64,000 nucleotides of DNA from an uncultured Armatimonadia bacterium (GTDB lineage Bacteria; Armatimonadota; Zipacnadia; CAVVLO01), in assembly GCA_963749155.1 (NCBI GenBank), contig CAVVLO010000002.1, forward strand, positions 1,408,001 through 1,472,000, written 5' to 3'. Below, piece by piece: positions 1 to 10,195 of this stretch (position 1 is the stretch's first letter; each line of letters opens with the position of its first letter). The notes beneath the pieces are model-generated. The model ran no database searches, had not been told where the DNA came from, and saw only the letters and a program-made list of their open reading frames with translations. The position numbers and the translations under genes are program-made.

Positions 1-2
1 AC

Positions 3-1508
3 AGGGAAGAAGCCCAAATCACTCACAAGCGCATTGCAATCTCCCAGACCTTATTCGAGCGGCACAAGCGCGATTATGAGGAATGGTTCGACCCAGTTCC
101 CGATTTTCAGTGTTCTGACACGCGCCTCACTCGCCTGTGGCAATATCGTTGGTGGCTTCTGAAGGCCTGTCTCAATCGGCCCGAGGTCGGCAATCTGCGC
201 GACTGGTGTTTCTACGAAGGCATCGCCCGGCCCGAATCCTTGCGCGTCGATCCCTTCGCTGCCTGTATGCAATTGATGGAAGCCCGCTGGCATCCCGATC
301 CTGTTTATGCCCGCGACCTTATCGAGACACTGGTGAAGAACGACTTTCTGGCCACTCGGATCTTCCGTCACGAAGATACCGAGCCCAACTGGCTGACCCA
401 TGCCCTGGTAGAAGCCTGCCATGTGCGGCCCGAACTCAAAACTACGCTCTCCGAGCATTTTGACCGGCTGGCCTGGGATGTAGATTCTTATGAGGGCGGC
501 TGGGATGGCATTGGAGTATTGCCCGCTTCTGGTTTCCCTCTGCCTGTGAACGCAGGTATCCTGGGCGAGAACGGCAGGCGCATCCTTGCGGCAGATGATT
601 TTGATGGTGTCGAGTCAGTGAGGCAAGAGGGTGAAGAGGGGGAAAGGCCCCACCGTCCAGTAATGGCGGTAGAAACAGCCAGCTATTATGTGGCCAACCT
701 GAAGGCGCTAGCCACAATGGCTGGCTGGCTTGGTGACACTGGGCGTCAGCTCGGCTTCGAGGAGCGCGCCACAGGGGTTCAGCAGGCTTTGCTCGAACAT
801 ATGTGGGATGATGAGCGGGGCTTCTTCTATGACCTCAAGGCCTACCAGTCCCCCTCTGATGAGAGACCAGCCAAGGCCAGGTCTCGCACTCTGGCGAGTT
901 TGCTGCCTTTTTGGGCTGGCGCCGCGGGGCTGCGCCATCTGCGGGTGCTGGAACAGCTTCGGCGTGGTAAAGGCTTCGTCGGCAGAAGGGCTTATGTAAC
1001 CTTGCCTGACGAGGACGAGGACCAGACGGTCCAGGTGCCGTACTGGGAAACGATGGCGGCCTATGCCTTGCTTGCGACACGTGACCTGTGGCCGAACGCA
1101 GAGGGCGAATTGGTGCGCCTGATGGGGGATTATGCCGAGTTGCAGATGCCCTCCAAGGTGCCAACTGTCCATCGCGCTTACGATGCGACCACTGGAGAAC
1201 CAACTCAGGAGGGCAACGAGCAGGATCATTTCTGTTCTGCCTGGATAGATTTGATTTTGCGCACGGTTATTGGCCTGGTGCCTGATGCGCCTGGTCTTGA
1301 GCTTAGACCTGTAAACTTCCATCTGGACTGGTTCCGCCTAGAGAAGCTGAGCTTTCGAGGTCACGAACTCGGTGTGACCTGGCTCAAGGTGGGCGCTGTT
1401 ACTCCGGTGCGCGGCACCAATATCGAGCCGGGATTTCGTGTGTTCGTTGATGGCAAGCTCCAGCATCACAGTGCGACTATCCAGCCAGTCAGTTTGTTCC
1501 TGGATTAG
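3..1508 (+). CDS. MGH1/GH63-like (alpha/alpha)6-barrel glycoside hydrolase, 5' truncated by window edge
   Basis: Frame of ORF 240..1508 is open back to position 3 (..VPDFQCSDTRLTRLWQYRWW..). Contains EHMWDDERGFFYD, SLLPFWAG and a C-terminal beta-sandwich (LEKLSFRGHELGVTW). Confidence 0.65.
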   Translation, partial: REEAQITHKRIAISQTLFERHKRDYEEWFDPVPDFQCSDTRLTRLWQYRWWLLKACLNRPEVGNLRDWCFYEGIARPESLRVDPFAACMQLMEARWHPDPVYARDLIETLVKNDFLATRIFRHEDTEPNWLTHALVEACHVRPELKTTLSEHFDRLAWDVDSYEGGWDGIGVLPASGFPLPVNAGILGENGRRILAADDFDGVESVRQEGEEGERPHRPVMAVETASYYVANLKALATMAGWLGDTGRQLGFEERATGVQQALLEHMWDDERGFFYDLKAYQSPSDERPAKARSRTLASLLPFWAGAAGLRHLRVLEQLRRGKGFVGRRAYVTLPDEDEDQTVQVPYWETMAAYALLATRDLWPNAEGELVRLMGDYAELQMPSKVPTVHRAYDATTGEPTQEGNEQDHFCSAWIDLILRTVIGLVPDAPGLELRPVNFHLDWFRLEKLSFRGHELGVTWLKVGAVTPVRGTNIEPGFRVFVDGKLQHHSATIQPVSLFLD

Positions 1509-1531
1509 CTCCTTCCCCGGAGGTAGAGGTT

Positions 1532-3922
1532 GTGAAGCGCTTCTCCCTGGCCTTGGGTCTACTTGCCGCGCTAGTGCTGGTTGGCCATACCGCTGTCTGT
1601 TTCTCCGCAAAGCTGAATTTGGAATTGACCTGCTCTCAGCCTTCCTTTGTGCCTGGCGGCGCGCAGGCGCCCGAGCTTGTCGCGAAGCTGCTGGATAGCT
1701 CGGGGGCGCCCATCGCCCAGGCTGAGATCGAGCTTTCGCTGGCCAGGTTGGTGCCCTGGCTGTCGCTTTCGGTCACCTCGGCCTCGACGATGGCTGACGG
1801 GCAGGCGCGCTTCCCGCTTGCGGTCTCTTCCTCTTTGGCAGAGCTTGATCTTGCTACTCTGCCGCTATCTGCCCTGTTTATTGCGCGCACCAGTGTCGGC
1901 GCCCAGGCGGCTACCTGCCGGCTGGAGGTGCCTCTTGCGGCAGCGCTGCTGTCAGGCAGTTATGTCGATAGCGCAATGAGGCTTCGATCGCTTTCAGTGC
2001 TGCCCCAGGTTACTCCTCGTACAGCTTTGCTTGCTGCTGATACTGCGGGTGGAAACTTCCACTTGCTGGTCACGCCAACTGAAGGCAACCTGCTGCTCGA
2101 ATGGCCGCCCGAAGCCCCCTGTCCGCTGCGTTACACGGTGGCCGGGCCGCTTGCCGCTGGCAGCCAGGCGCGACTTGGTCGGTTCGACCTGCTCACTCCG
2201 GAAGAACACCGGGAACGTCTTTCCAGCCTGCTGTCCGAGCTGATGCAGCATCTGCCGCTGAGCGCTACTGGCAGGACCCAGGGCTTTGCTGCCGCCAGAG
2301 AGCTGAGCTTCGAGCCTGGCTCGGGCTATGCGCGTCCAGTCCTTGGCCCAGGTTCGCTCATAAAATTGCCGGGCAGCGAAGGAGAGTTCTGGGCCGCCGA
2401 TCCAGGCGATCCTGAAGCGCCTGCCCCTTACCCCTTGCTGCTGCGAGCTTTGGGCGATTTGTTGTGGGAGCGACTGGTAGAACCAGGGGCCTTCACCCGA
2501 GGCCAGCAACACGAGCTTGCAGAACTCCAGTGGAGCCCCTGGGCTGCGCTCGAACGGCCCGAGACCGCCTTTGCCGCGACCCGCAGCGAGGTTGTGGCTT
2601 CGCTTGTCCTGGCTTTTGCGCGGCAGGCCCATCCGGAGTGGGATGATTCACTTTACTTCCGAGATGCCGACCTGGCGGCTTATAAAGATGATGCCAAAGC
2701 GCTCCAGTTGCTGACCAGGCCTGTCATCGGCAGTCTGATACCAGGGCTTTCGGCTCGTGCAGTGCTCTCGCTTTATGGCGAGCTGCCCAAGAACTCTTCC
2801 GCCCAGGTGTTGGGCGATTTCCTCGCCACGGCAGCGCGTTATGCAGAGCTTTGCCCCTTGCGCCCCCACCCGGCCAGGACCCTTGCCGACTGGCTTGGCG
2901 CGCGTAGCGCCCTTGGCTCCCCCTACAAGCTGCCCGAAACCGGCAGCGCACAAAATCTGGCCGCCAGCTACAAGCTGTTTGGTGACACTGAACAGGTCAG
3001 TGCCTGTTATCTGGAGCCTCTGTCCCAGGCCGCCACCGCCTCTCTTGATGGCGCTCCGGTTGACTTCTCGGCGGGAGCGGTACGGCTTTCGACGGGCGCT
3101 ATCGCTGTCGAAGGCGGCGCGGTTGCGCTGTGTTGGCCAGGCGCAACTGGGGTTGGCAACGTTGCCGTGCTGGGGCCGGGAGCGGCAGGCAGTGTGGATG
3201 GGACCGCCCGGATGCAGGTTAACCGCGGCCAGGCGGCGGGTTGCCGACTGAAGGGACTCTGGACCCCTCCGGCTGCTTTCGCGCTGGCCGAGGGCGCGCT
3301 GTTTGCCCAGGTCGAGTCCTCTGGCGTCACTAAAGCGCTCGCAGAGCAAGGGCAGGTCAGTCGCTATCTGCAGGCAGGCCAGCAGCAACCAATTGCTGAA
3401 GGCGCCGGGCTGCTCCTCACCGGCGTCGACCAGCAGCAGGCCTTGCCGGCCGAAGAAGCCTCCGAGTTGCGCTCTCAGGTGCTGGCGCTCATTCCGCCTT
3501 ATGTCTCGAGCTTTGTTTGGGAAGGCCAACAGCAAAGCGGGGCGCCCGTGGCCGGCACCGACCTGTCTCCGGAAGGCTGGCTCGAAGTCGCCGGCGCTGG
3601 CCCTCTGGCTCGGATTAGCCTCTGTCGCGCGCTGGGGGCGGACTTCACCCCTGAGGGCGCCGCCTGGAAGTTTCCCTCCACCCTCACTGCGCTGGTGCTG
3701 GCCTTCGAGATGCGCGGTGTGCCCAGTCCGCTTCGGGTTGAGGTGCAGCTCGCTTACGAGGGTAATGTCCGGTATCGCCTCACTGCGCAGGTTCACGAGG
3801 CGGGTCAGTTCAAAGTGGATATCGCTCCCTCTGGCGGCGAACGCTTTACCGCGGGTGAATACTCGCTTCGCTTTCTCATCGACGGGCAGGAAGTGTTGCT
3901 TCACCCCTTCCGCATTCTCTAG
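1532..3922 (+). CDS. Secreted hypothetical protein, 796 aa; possible Ig-like N-terminus and degenerate FecR-like segment
   Basis: GGAGG RBS, GTG start, signal peptide MKRFSLALGLLAALVLVGHTAVCFSA. Domain guesses are weak. Confidence 0.6.
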   Translation: MKRFSLALGLLAALVLVGHTAVCFSAKLNLELTCSQPSFVPGGAQAPELVAKLLDSSGAPIAQAEIELSLARLVPWLSLSVTSASTMADGQARFPLAVSSSLAELDLATLPLSALFIARTSVGAQAATCRLEVPLAAALLSGSYVDSAMRLRSLSVLPQVTPRTALLAADTAGGNFHLLVTPTEGNLLLEWPPEAPCPLRYTVAGPLAAGSQARLGRFDLLTPEEHRERLSSLLSELMQHLPLSATGRTQGFAAARELSFEPGSGYARPVLGPGSLIKLPGSEGEFWAADPGDPEAPAPYPLLLRALGDLLWERLVEPGAFTRGQQHELAELQWSPWAALERPETAFAATRSEVVASLVLAFARQAHPEWDDSLYFRDADLAAYKDDAKALQLLTRPVIGSLIPGLSARAVLSLYGELPKNSSAQVLGDFLATAARYAELCPLRPHPARTLADWLGARSALGSPYKLPETGSAQNLAASYKLFGDTEQVSACYLEPLSQAATASLDGAPVDFSAGAVRLSTGAIAVEGGAVALCWPGATGVGNVAVLGPGAAGSVDGTARMQVNRGQAAGCRLKGLWTPPAAFALAEGALFAQVESSGVTKALAEQGQVSRYLQAGQQQPIAEGAGLLLTGVDQQQALPAEEASELRSQVLALIPPYVSSFVWEGQQQSGAPVAGTDLSPEGWLEVAGAGPLARISLCRALGADFTPEGAAWKFPSTLTALVLAFEMRGVPSPLRVEVQLAYEGNVRYRLTAQVHEAGQFKVDIAPSGGERFTAGEYSLRFLIDGQEVLLHPFRIL

Positions 3923-3959
3923 CCTGGCGAACTGAGGCAGGCGTTCTCGTCTGGGGGCA

Positions 3960-3988
3960 TTGACAGGAAGGCGCGGCCCTTCTACAAT
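3960..3988 (+). promoter_or_regulatory. Sigma70-type promoter for tRNA-Leu
   Basis: TTGACA (3960-3965), 17 bp spacer, TACAAT (3983-3988), just upstream of the tRNA. Confidence 0.85.
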
Positions 3989-4000
3989 TCCCCCTGCCGT

Positions 4001-4088
4001 GCCGAAGTGGCGGAATTGGCAGACGCGCTAGGTTCAGGACCTAGTGAGCATTGCGCTCGTGGGGGTTCAAGTCCCCCCTTCGGCACCA
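4001..4088 (+). tRNA. tRNA-Leu(CAG)
   Basis: GCCGAAG/CTTCGGC acceptor stem, anticodon arm CTAGG-TTCAGGA-CCTAG, long variable arm, GTTCAAGTC T-loop, encoded CCA. Confidence 0.97.
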
Positions 4089-5386
4089 GGCTCTACTTCT
4101 ACTCTTTCGACTTCCCGGGGCAAAGCCGCAATCAGGCTTTGGCTTGCCTTGACGATAAACACGCCGCCCTCCTGGCCATACTCCTCGCTCAGTATCTCCA
4201 TCTGCTCCCGGGCCTGCTCTAGCAAACCAAGGCGCGCATAAGGCACTGTCAATTGCCATAGGCGATGACTGGCAGAGGCTTCTCGGTCCAGCAGGGCAAG
4301 CAGTCGGTCGAGTCCCTCGCCCGTTTTCGCAGATATAAACAGCGTAGCAAGCCCATCGCCAGGCAAGGTAGCCACCAACTCGCGCCGTTCGTCCCCCTCC
4401 AGCACGTCCAGCTTGTTGAAAAGCGTCACGATGGGCAGCTCGCCCGCGCCAAGCTCTTTCAAGGTCTTTGAGACCGCGCTCTGCTGCGAGGGGAAATCAG
4501 GATTGGAAAGGTCTACCACATGCAGTAGCAGGTCAGCGTGGAGGGTCTCTTCCAGGGTCGAGTGGAAAGCCGCCACAAGCTGGTGCGGCAGGTCGCGCAG
4601 AAAACCGACCGTATCAGTAATCAGCACCGTCCGGCCCGAAGCCAGCTTCAGGGTGCGAGTGGTTGGGTCAAGCGTCGCGAACAACCTGTCATCCGCATAG
4701 AGGTCGCTACCCGTCAGCGCGTTGAAAAGCGTCGACTTGCCCGAGTTGGTGTAACCGACTAGCGAGATCAGGAAAAGGCCGCTCTCAAGGCGCTGTTGAC
4801 GCTTGTTCGCGCGGGTGGCTTCGAGCTCTGCCAGTTTCTGTTCGAGGCGGTTTATCTGGTCTCTCACCTGGCGCCTGCCCACCTCAAGCTTCGTCTCGCC
4901 AGGGCCTCTGGTGCCTATACCGCCACCAAGCCTGGAGAGCATCTCACCGAGTCCTTTAAGCCGAGGTAGCGAATACTTCAGTTGCGCCAGGCTTACCTGC
5001 AACCTTCCCTCGCCAGATTTGGCCCGTTGCGCGAAAAGGTCGAGTATGAGCTGGTTGCGGTCAATGACTTTGCAGTCCAGCGCGTCTTCAAGGAAGGCAA
5101 GCTGACTCGGCGAGAGCTGCCCGCCGACGATGACGAGGTCTACAAGATAGGCTTTGGCGGCGTCTTCAACCTCTTCTACCTTGCCCTTGCCAAAATAACC
5201 TCTGACCGAGGGCCTGTCGCGGTGCTGCACCAGCACATCAACGATGTCAGCGCCCGCCGAATCGGCAAGCGCGCCCAGCTCCTCGACTTGGAGAGTTGGG
5301 TCTTCGCCCTGTTTCAGCACCAGCGCAAGCAGGGCTTTTTCGCGGCCACCTTCCAGGTTAAGCTCATTGTCTACTCGATCCGGCAT
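4067..5386 (-). CDS. hflX: GTPase HflX
   Basis: GGGIGTRGPGETKLE, GYTNSGKST, LFATLDPT, DTVGF, NKLD. ATG 5386 follows GGGGAGG. Confidence 0.95.
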   Translation of the reverse strand: MPDRVDNELNLEGGREKALLALVLKQGEDPTLQVEELGALADSAGADIVDVLVQHRDRPSVRGYFGKGKVEEVEDAAKAYLVDLVIVGGQLSPSQLAFLEDALDCKVIDRNQLILDLFAQRAKSGEGRLQVSLAQLKYSLPRLKGLGEMLSRLGGGIGTRGPGETKLEVGRRQVRDQINRLEQKLAELEATRANKRQQRLESGLFLISLVGYTNSGKSTLFNALTGSDLYADDRLFATLDPTTRTLKLASGRTVLITDTVGFLRDLPHQLVAAFHSTLEETLHADLLLHVVDLSNPDFPSQQSAVSKTLKELGAGELPIVTLFNKLDVLEGDERRELVATLPGDGLATLFISAKTGEGLDRLLALLDREASASHRLWQLTVPYARLGLLEQAREQMEILSEEYGQEGGVFIVKASQSLIAALPREVERVEVEPGAEGGT

Positions 5387-5419
5387 AATCGCCTCCCCTT
5401 CCATCGTAGCACACAAACG

Positions 5420-5450
5420 GAAAGGGCGCCCCCGAAGGGACGCCCCTTTC
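5420..5450 (-). terminator. Hairpin/terminator downstream of the thioester-protein gene
   Basis: Minus strand GAAAGGGGCGTCCC-TTCG-GGGGCGCCCTTTC, cUUCGg loop, followed by CGTTTG. Confidence 0.65.
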
Positions 5451-5471
5451 GCTTGGTGTCCACTTGCTTCT

Positions 5472-8400
5472 CTAGTCGACAATCAGCTCGATAGGCTGAG
5501 CTATCCGGTCCTCGTCAGGGTTGTAATACTGCCAGGCCCGCGAAGCCGGCGTCTTGGCCTTGATTGGATATTTGGCCTGCAGGCGATACTTCAGTTTGAT
5601 TTCCTGACCGCCTGCAATCTTGTCAAAGTACAGTGTGACTTGCCGCCCGTAGACGGTGTATTTCTGGATGACCTTGCTGCCCACCAGTTCGGCCAGATCG
5701 TCGCTCTGCACCTGGAAGCCTGGCGGCAGGCCAAGGTCTACCATAACCATCGAAAGCTCGGCGTTGGTGACATTTTTTACGGTTGCCGTGCAGGTGACGA
5801 AGTCGTCCTTGGCCAGGCGTGTCTTGTCGTAGGCGACCGAAAGATCCAGCACCTCGGCGGCTTCGATTGGTGCGTTCTGCCAGGGCAGCCAATAGCGCGT
5901 AACTACCTGGTAGAGCAGCGTACCCTTGCCAGCGAGTTTGAGCTGGATGTTGCTGCTGCCCTCCTTCACGAACTGGGTCACGTTGAGCGTCTGGGTGACG
6001 TCCGAAGTCTCGGGCGTTACCACCATATTGCCTGCCAGCTTGCCATCCACCAGCACCTGGATTTCGGCGTTGGTAGTGGTCTCGCTGCCGCTGTAGCCCA
6101 TCATCAAGGCCTTGAGCGCGAGGATGGTGGGCGTGGTGCTATACCAGCCTCCGCCTGGATCCTTCTTCTCCAGCAGCCAGTTCATCGCTCGCAGTGCCAA
6201 ATCGAGCTGGCTGCCTTTCCTTCAGCAAAGCCATTGCGGCAAGTGAGGTCGCTTCCACATCGGCGCCGTTGCCGCTGGAATAACTGGCGGTCGCCATCCC
6301 GGCTTCCCAGTGGGTAAGCTGCCCCTCGTCCTTGCGACGCTCTGCCAGCATCGTTGCTGCGCGCTTCGCCTCGGCGCTTTCGGGCCGCGCCCAGATGATC
6401 GCATTGGCGCAGAGGGTAAGCTCGTAGTTGGTTTTGGCCTGGTCCAGATGTTCGACCACATAGTCTACTGCCTTGCCGACCTCGGGCCGGTCAACGCCCG
6501 TACTCGCAAGTGCCCAGGCGATATAGGCTGTCGGCAGCAGATTGCCGTTCTGCAGACTGGCCCAGTGTTCGGCATGGTAGTATTCCTGCTCGGGGTCGAA
6601 ACTGCCGTCGGGTTTCTGCTGGCTGATGAGCCAGTTCTGAGTGCGCTCGATGATGCGCTCATCCACCGGGAACACCTTCGCCATGTCGGTGAAGGCCTGC
6701 ACTCCCCAGGCGGTCAGCAGCTTGTTGGCCGGTGGATTGCCGAACCACTCGAATCCGCCTCCATCCACCTCGTAGCTGATCATCCGCTGATATCCGACGT
6801 TGAGATACTGCTCTGCCTGCATCGCAAGCTCGGGATTCACTTTGCCGCTGGATTCGAGATACTGCAGCACCAGCGCATTGGGGTAGGTGACCGAGGTTGT
6901 CTGTTCAAAGCACCCATAGGGCATCTGAAGCAGCTTCTCGAGGCCCTCGACCGCCTGGCTGAGCATCCCGGGATAGAGCCGCACGAGCACCTGCGAGGCG
7001 CCGTCAATCGCTGCGGTCGGTACATTCACGGCGACCTGGGTGTCGGCCGAGAGGCGCCCATTGGCGACGCTCTCGATTTGGGTGCCATCGGGCACTATCT
7101 CGATGCTGCGCCTGATGGCGTCCGACAGCTTGGTCCCATATGCGAAGACGGTCAGCTTCTGGTTGCCAAGCTGCTTTGCCTTCAGGCGGAAGTAAACCAC
7201 CTGGATGTCATCCGGGCCTATCTGAAGGGTCTTGGTAGAATTGTCCAGCAGTTCGTACCAGTCCGCCGCTTCGAGTTGCAGCTTTACGCTCTGGCTGGTC
7301 TTGAGATAGTTGTAGACGGCGACCGGCACCGACACCTCATCGCCCTGGGTAAGCGCGACCGGCAGGTCCAGGTCCACGAAAAAGTCCTGGAAGACCTTGA
7401 TAGGCGTCGTGAGACTGCCGAACAGCCCGTTCGCGCTGTTGGCCAGCGCCGTGAGTCGCCAGGAGGTGATCGAGTCGGCCATCTCCAGGTTAACTTCGGC
7501 CTTGCCGTTAGCGTCAGTAACGAGCGCCGGATTCCAGTACATCGTCTCGGGGAAGTATTCCCGCACGTGCACTGGCTTGCCGGCTGGCGCGCCTGGCCCT
7601 GCGCCCATACCATTAGCCATACCTGATGCCGCGGCCATCGGCATCATAGCGCGATCTTCCATCACACCGGCTTTGAACATAACTCCCTCAGCGAGCATCC
7701 CGCCTCCGCGTCCGCCGCCGAAGCCACCGCCGAATTCGTCCAGGCCGAAGGCGCGCCCAGCGGCCAAATCGCCGGCAATCCGCTGAACATCCATCTCGCC
7801 TTCAAGTTCGCCCCAACGCATAACCCAGGCAGGCACTGGACCGAGGTCGTCCGAGGTCTCGAGCCGTCCGTCAGGCCCTGCCGACGTGAAGGCCAGATCC
7901 CAGGAACTGCTTCCTGTTACCTGATAGCGCTTGCCCCAGGGGTCAAGCAGTTGGGCTTCCTTCAGCTTGCCGGCCTTCAGCAACCGGTCGACTACTTTGG
8001 TGGCGTCCTGGTCGTTGTCGCCCCAGCCAGCCTCTACGACAGGCAGCACTTCTTCGAGCTGCGCGGTAAGCTGCTTCAGCAACTCCGGCACTTGCTGGGC
8101 GTAATCGTCCAGATAACTGCTGGCCGTCAGGCTGAATTCGGGCGCTGTGGGCGAAGCGGCCGCCATTAGCGCCTCGGCCAGATGCTGGGTGCCAGGCTGC
8201 TCGAGCACCGGAACAGGCTTCTCCAGCAGGTCCGGCAACTCCATCCCGTGGATCTCGAACTTCGGCTCCATCAGTTCTTTCTCGAGCAGGAAGTAGATTT
8301 TCGCAAGGCCGCTCTGCGCCTCGGCCAGCGCGAATACGCTCTCATCTACGATAGCCACGCCAAGACAGGCCGGGGTGGGAAGGCCAGAGGCTTGCTCCAC

Positions 8401-10071
8401 CGCGAACCGCAACACCGCCTGTTCGGCTGGTTTGTATTCGTCCCGGTCGGCGCGGACTTCAATCTTGAGGTCTTCGGCTGGCATCACTACGACCAGCTTG
8501 GTCGCGCTGACGATGTTCATATCCGGCTGGATGACATAAGCGTGCAAGGTAACCGAACCGACCAGATCAGCCGTCAGAGGCAACTCGACCTGAGCCTGAC
8601 CCCCTTCAGTGCGCATCGCTTCGGTCAGCACGGTCTGGCCGTCCTTGACCGCGTCGAAATAGAGATAGCGCCCCTTAAGCGGGGTCAGCGCGGTAAGCGT
8701 GAGCGAGTCTCCAACCCGCGCTATCGACTTGCTAACCCGCAGCAGCAGAGGGGTCTCGGTCGCCTCGGCGCCCCAGGAGAACTCCTCTGTGGCCTCCTGT
8801 CCCTGCGAATCTCGAGCGCTGGCGGAGTGAGTCACTTCTCCCGCCTTCACCATCGCTTCGTATTCGCCGTAGCCGGTCTCATCGGTCTTGACCTCGGCCT
8901 TGCCGAAGTCCCCTTTTACATTGACTGTGCAACGCGCGGGCGATCCGTCGGGATAGGTCGTCACGAGGAAGAAACGGTTGACGATACCTGCAACTGGCGC
9001 GCCAGCCTCGGGGATTATCTGGACATCCAGCGGCGAGGGCACTACCGCGCGCGACTGGCTGGCCTTCTCCTCGTGCTGGGCCAGATCAACGACCGTCGCC
9101 TCAAGCTCTACCGAACCCTGCCCCTGCAGGAAAGGCTGCCCTACAAAAGTCGCCGGCAAGGTGAGGGTTGCGCTGAAATGGCCCTTCTCATCGGTCTTGC
9201 CCTGTTCTGTATGGAAGACATCGCGCCCGACATCGAAGGTCGAGAAGTCGAGTTTTATGGTGCCGCCCGCCACCGGCTTGCCGAAGAAGTAATCTACCTG
9301 GGCGTCAACCTTCATCTGCTGGCCGGGGAGATACCAGTCCCGGTCGGTGGACAGGTTGATTTTGTATTTGGGCAGCACGTAACGCTTGACGGTGACGACT
9401 TTCTCGGTCTCGCCCGCGTCAAAGGAAGCCTTCACGCGATATTCGCCGAGGTTGACTTCATCCGCGAGCTGGAAATCTGCTGCCGCGACGCCGTATTCGT
9501 TGGACTTGAAGGTCTGTTTGAAAACCCGATTGCCCTTGGGATCTTCAACAGTGAAGAGGCAATCTTCCCCAGCAAGCGCCTTGTTAAGGCCGCTCTTCAA
9601 AGCTACCGCCCTGAGGTGGATGAGCTGCCCAGGCTGATAAAGCGGCTTGTCAGTCACCAGGTAGACCTGCGCCTGGCGCACCAGCCGCACATCGCGCTTG
9701 ACTGTGGCCGTGGCGCCCGAGCCCAGGGCTCGTACCATAAGGTGGTAGTCACCTGGCTCCAGGTCCGGCACGTGGAAGGCGCCCTGGAAAACTCCCGAGC
9801 GGTCTGTCTTGCCACTCGCAAGCAGCTTGAACAGCCCCTCTTCATTGGAGAGCGACACCCGGACGCTCGCGCCCTGGATGGCTTCCTCAGTGTTGTGATT
9901 CTGGAAGACGATCCGGAGCGATGCCGCGCTGTCACTCAGCCAGTCGCTCTGGCCGAAGACAAGCAGTTCCTGCGGGATAAGCCCCCCTGCACCAACAGGC
10001 TGAAAGCCTGCGACGGCGAGTAAAGCAATCAGTGGCACCAGGAGCGCCATTATTTTCAGTAGTCTGGCCAT
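5472..10071 (-). CDS. Alpha-2-macroglobulin/thioester-containing protein, about 1530 aa; one frameshift near 6215
   Basis: TDKPLYQPGQ, YVLPKY, VREYFPETMYW, DSITSW, thioester PYGCFEQ (6901-6921), C-terminal MVMVDLGLPPGF..YYNP in ORF 5472..6200. ATG 10071 follows AAGGAGG; signal peptide present. Confidence 0.93.
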
Positions 10072-10148
10072 TGCCAGGTCCCTCCTTAAAATAGAAGCTG
10101 CCCGTTGGACTTGCTCCTCCCCGGAAAAGTTCCCCAAGAGGGAGAGAG

Positions 10149-10195
10149 TTGCATGACGTACTCAAAAAGAGTACAATTGTACCCAAGATGAGTAC
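10149..10195 (+). promoter_or_regulatory. Promoter overlapped by two palindromic operators (probable TA autoregulation)
   Basis: TTGCAT-17bp-TACAAT; GTACTC-N5-GAGTAC (10158-10174) and GTACCC-N5-GAGTAC (10179-10195). Confidence 0.7.

Noticed and set aside
4001..4088. tRNA-Leu or tRNA-Ser as island integration sites
   Set aside because: No integrase and no duplicated tRNA 3' end seen in the window.
6139..6220. Programmed ribosomal frameshifting in the split genes
   Set aside because: No shared slippery motif, and breaks are scattered through unrelated genes; sequencing error is simpler.
8182..10023. 613-aa + strand ORF and other long antisense ORFs (6310..7626, 11181..12464, 17367..18581, 38030..39289, 2648..3904)
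   Set aside because: Shadows of well-supported genes on the opposite strand, expected with GC-rich codon usage; no motifs.
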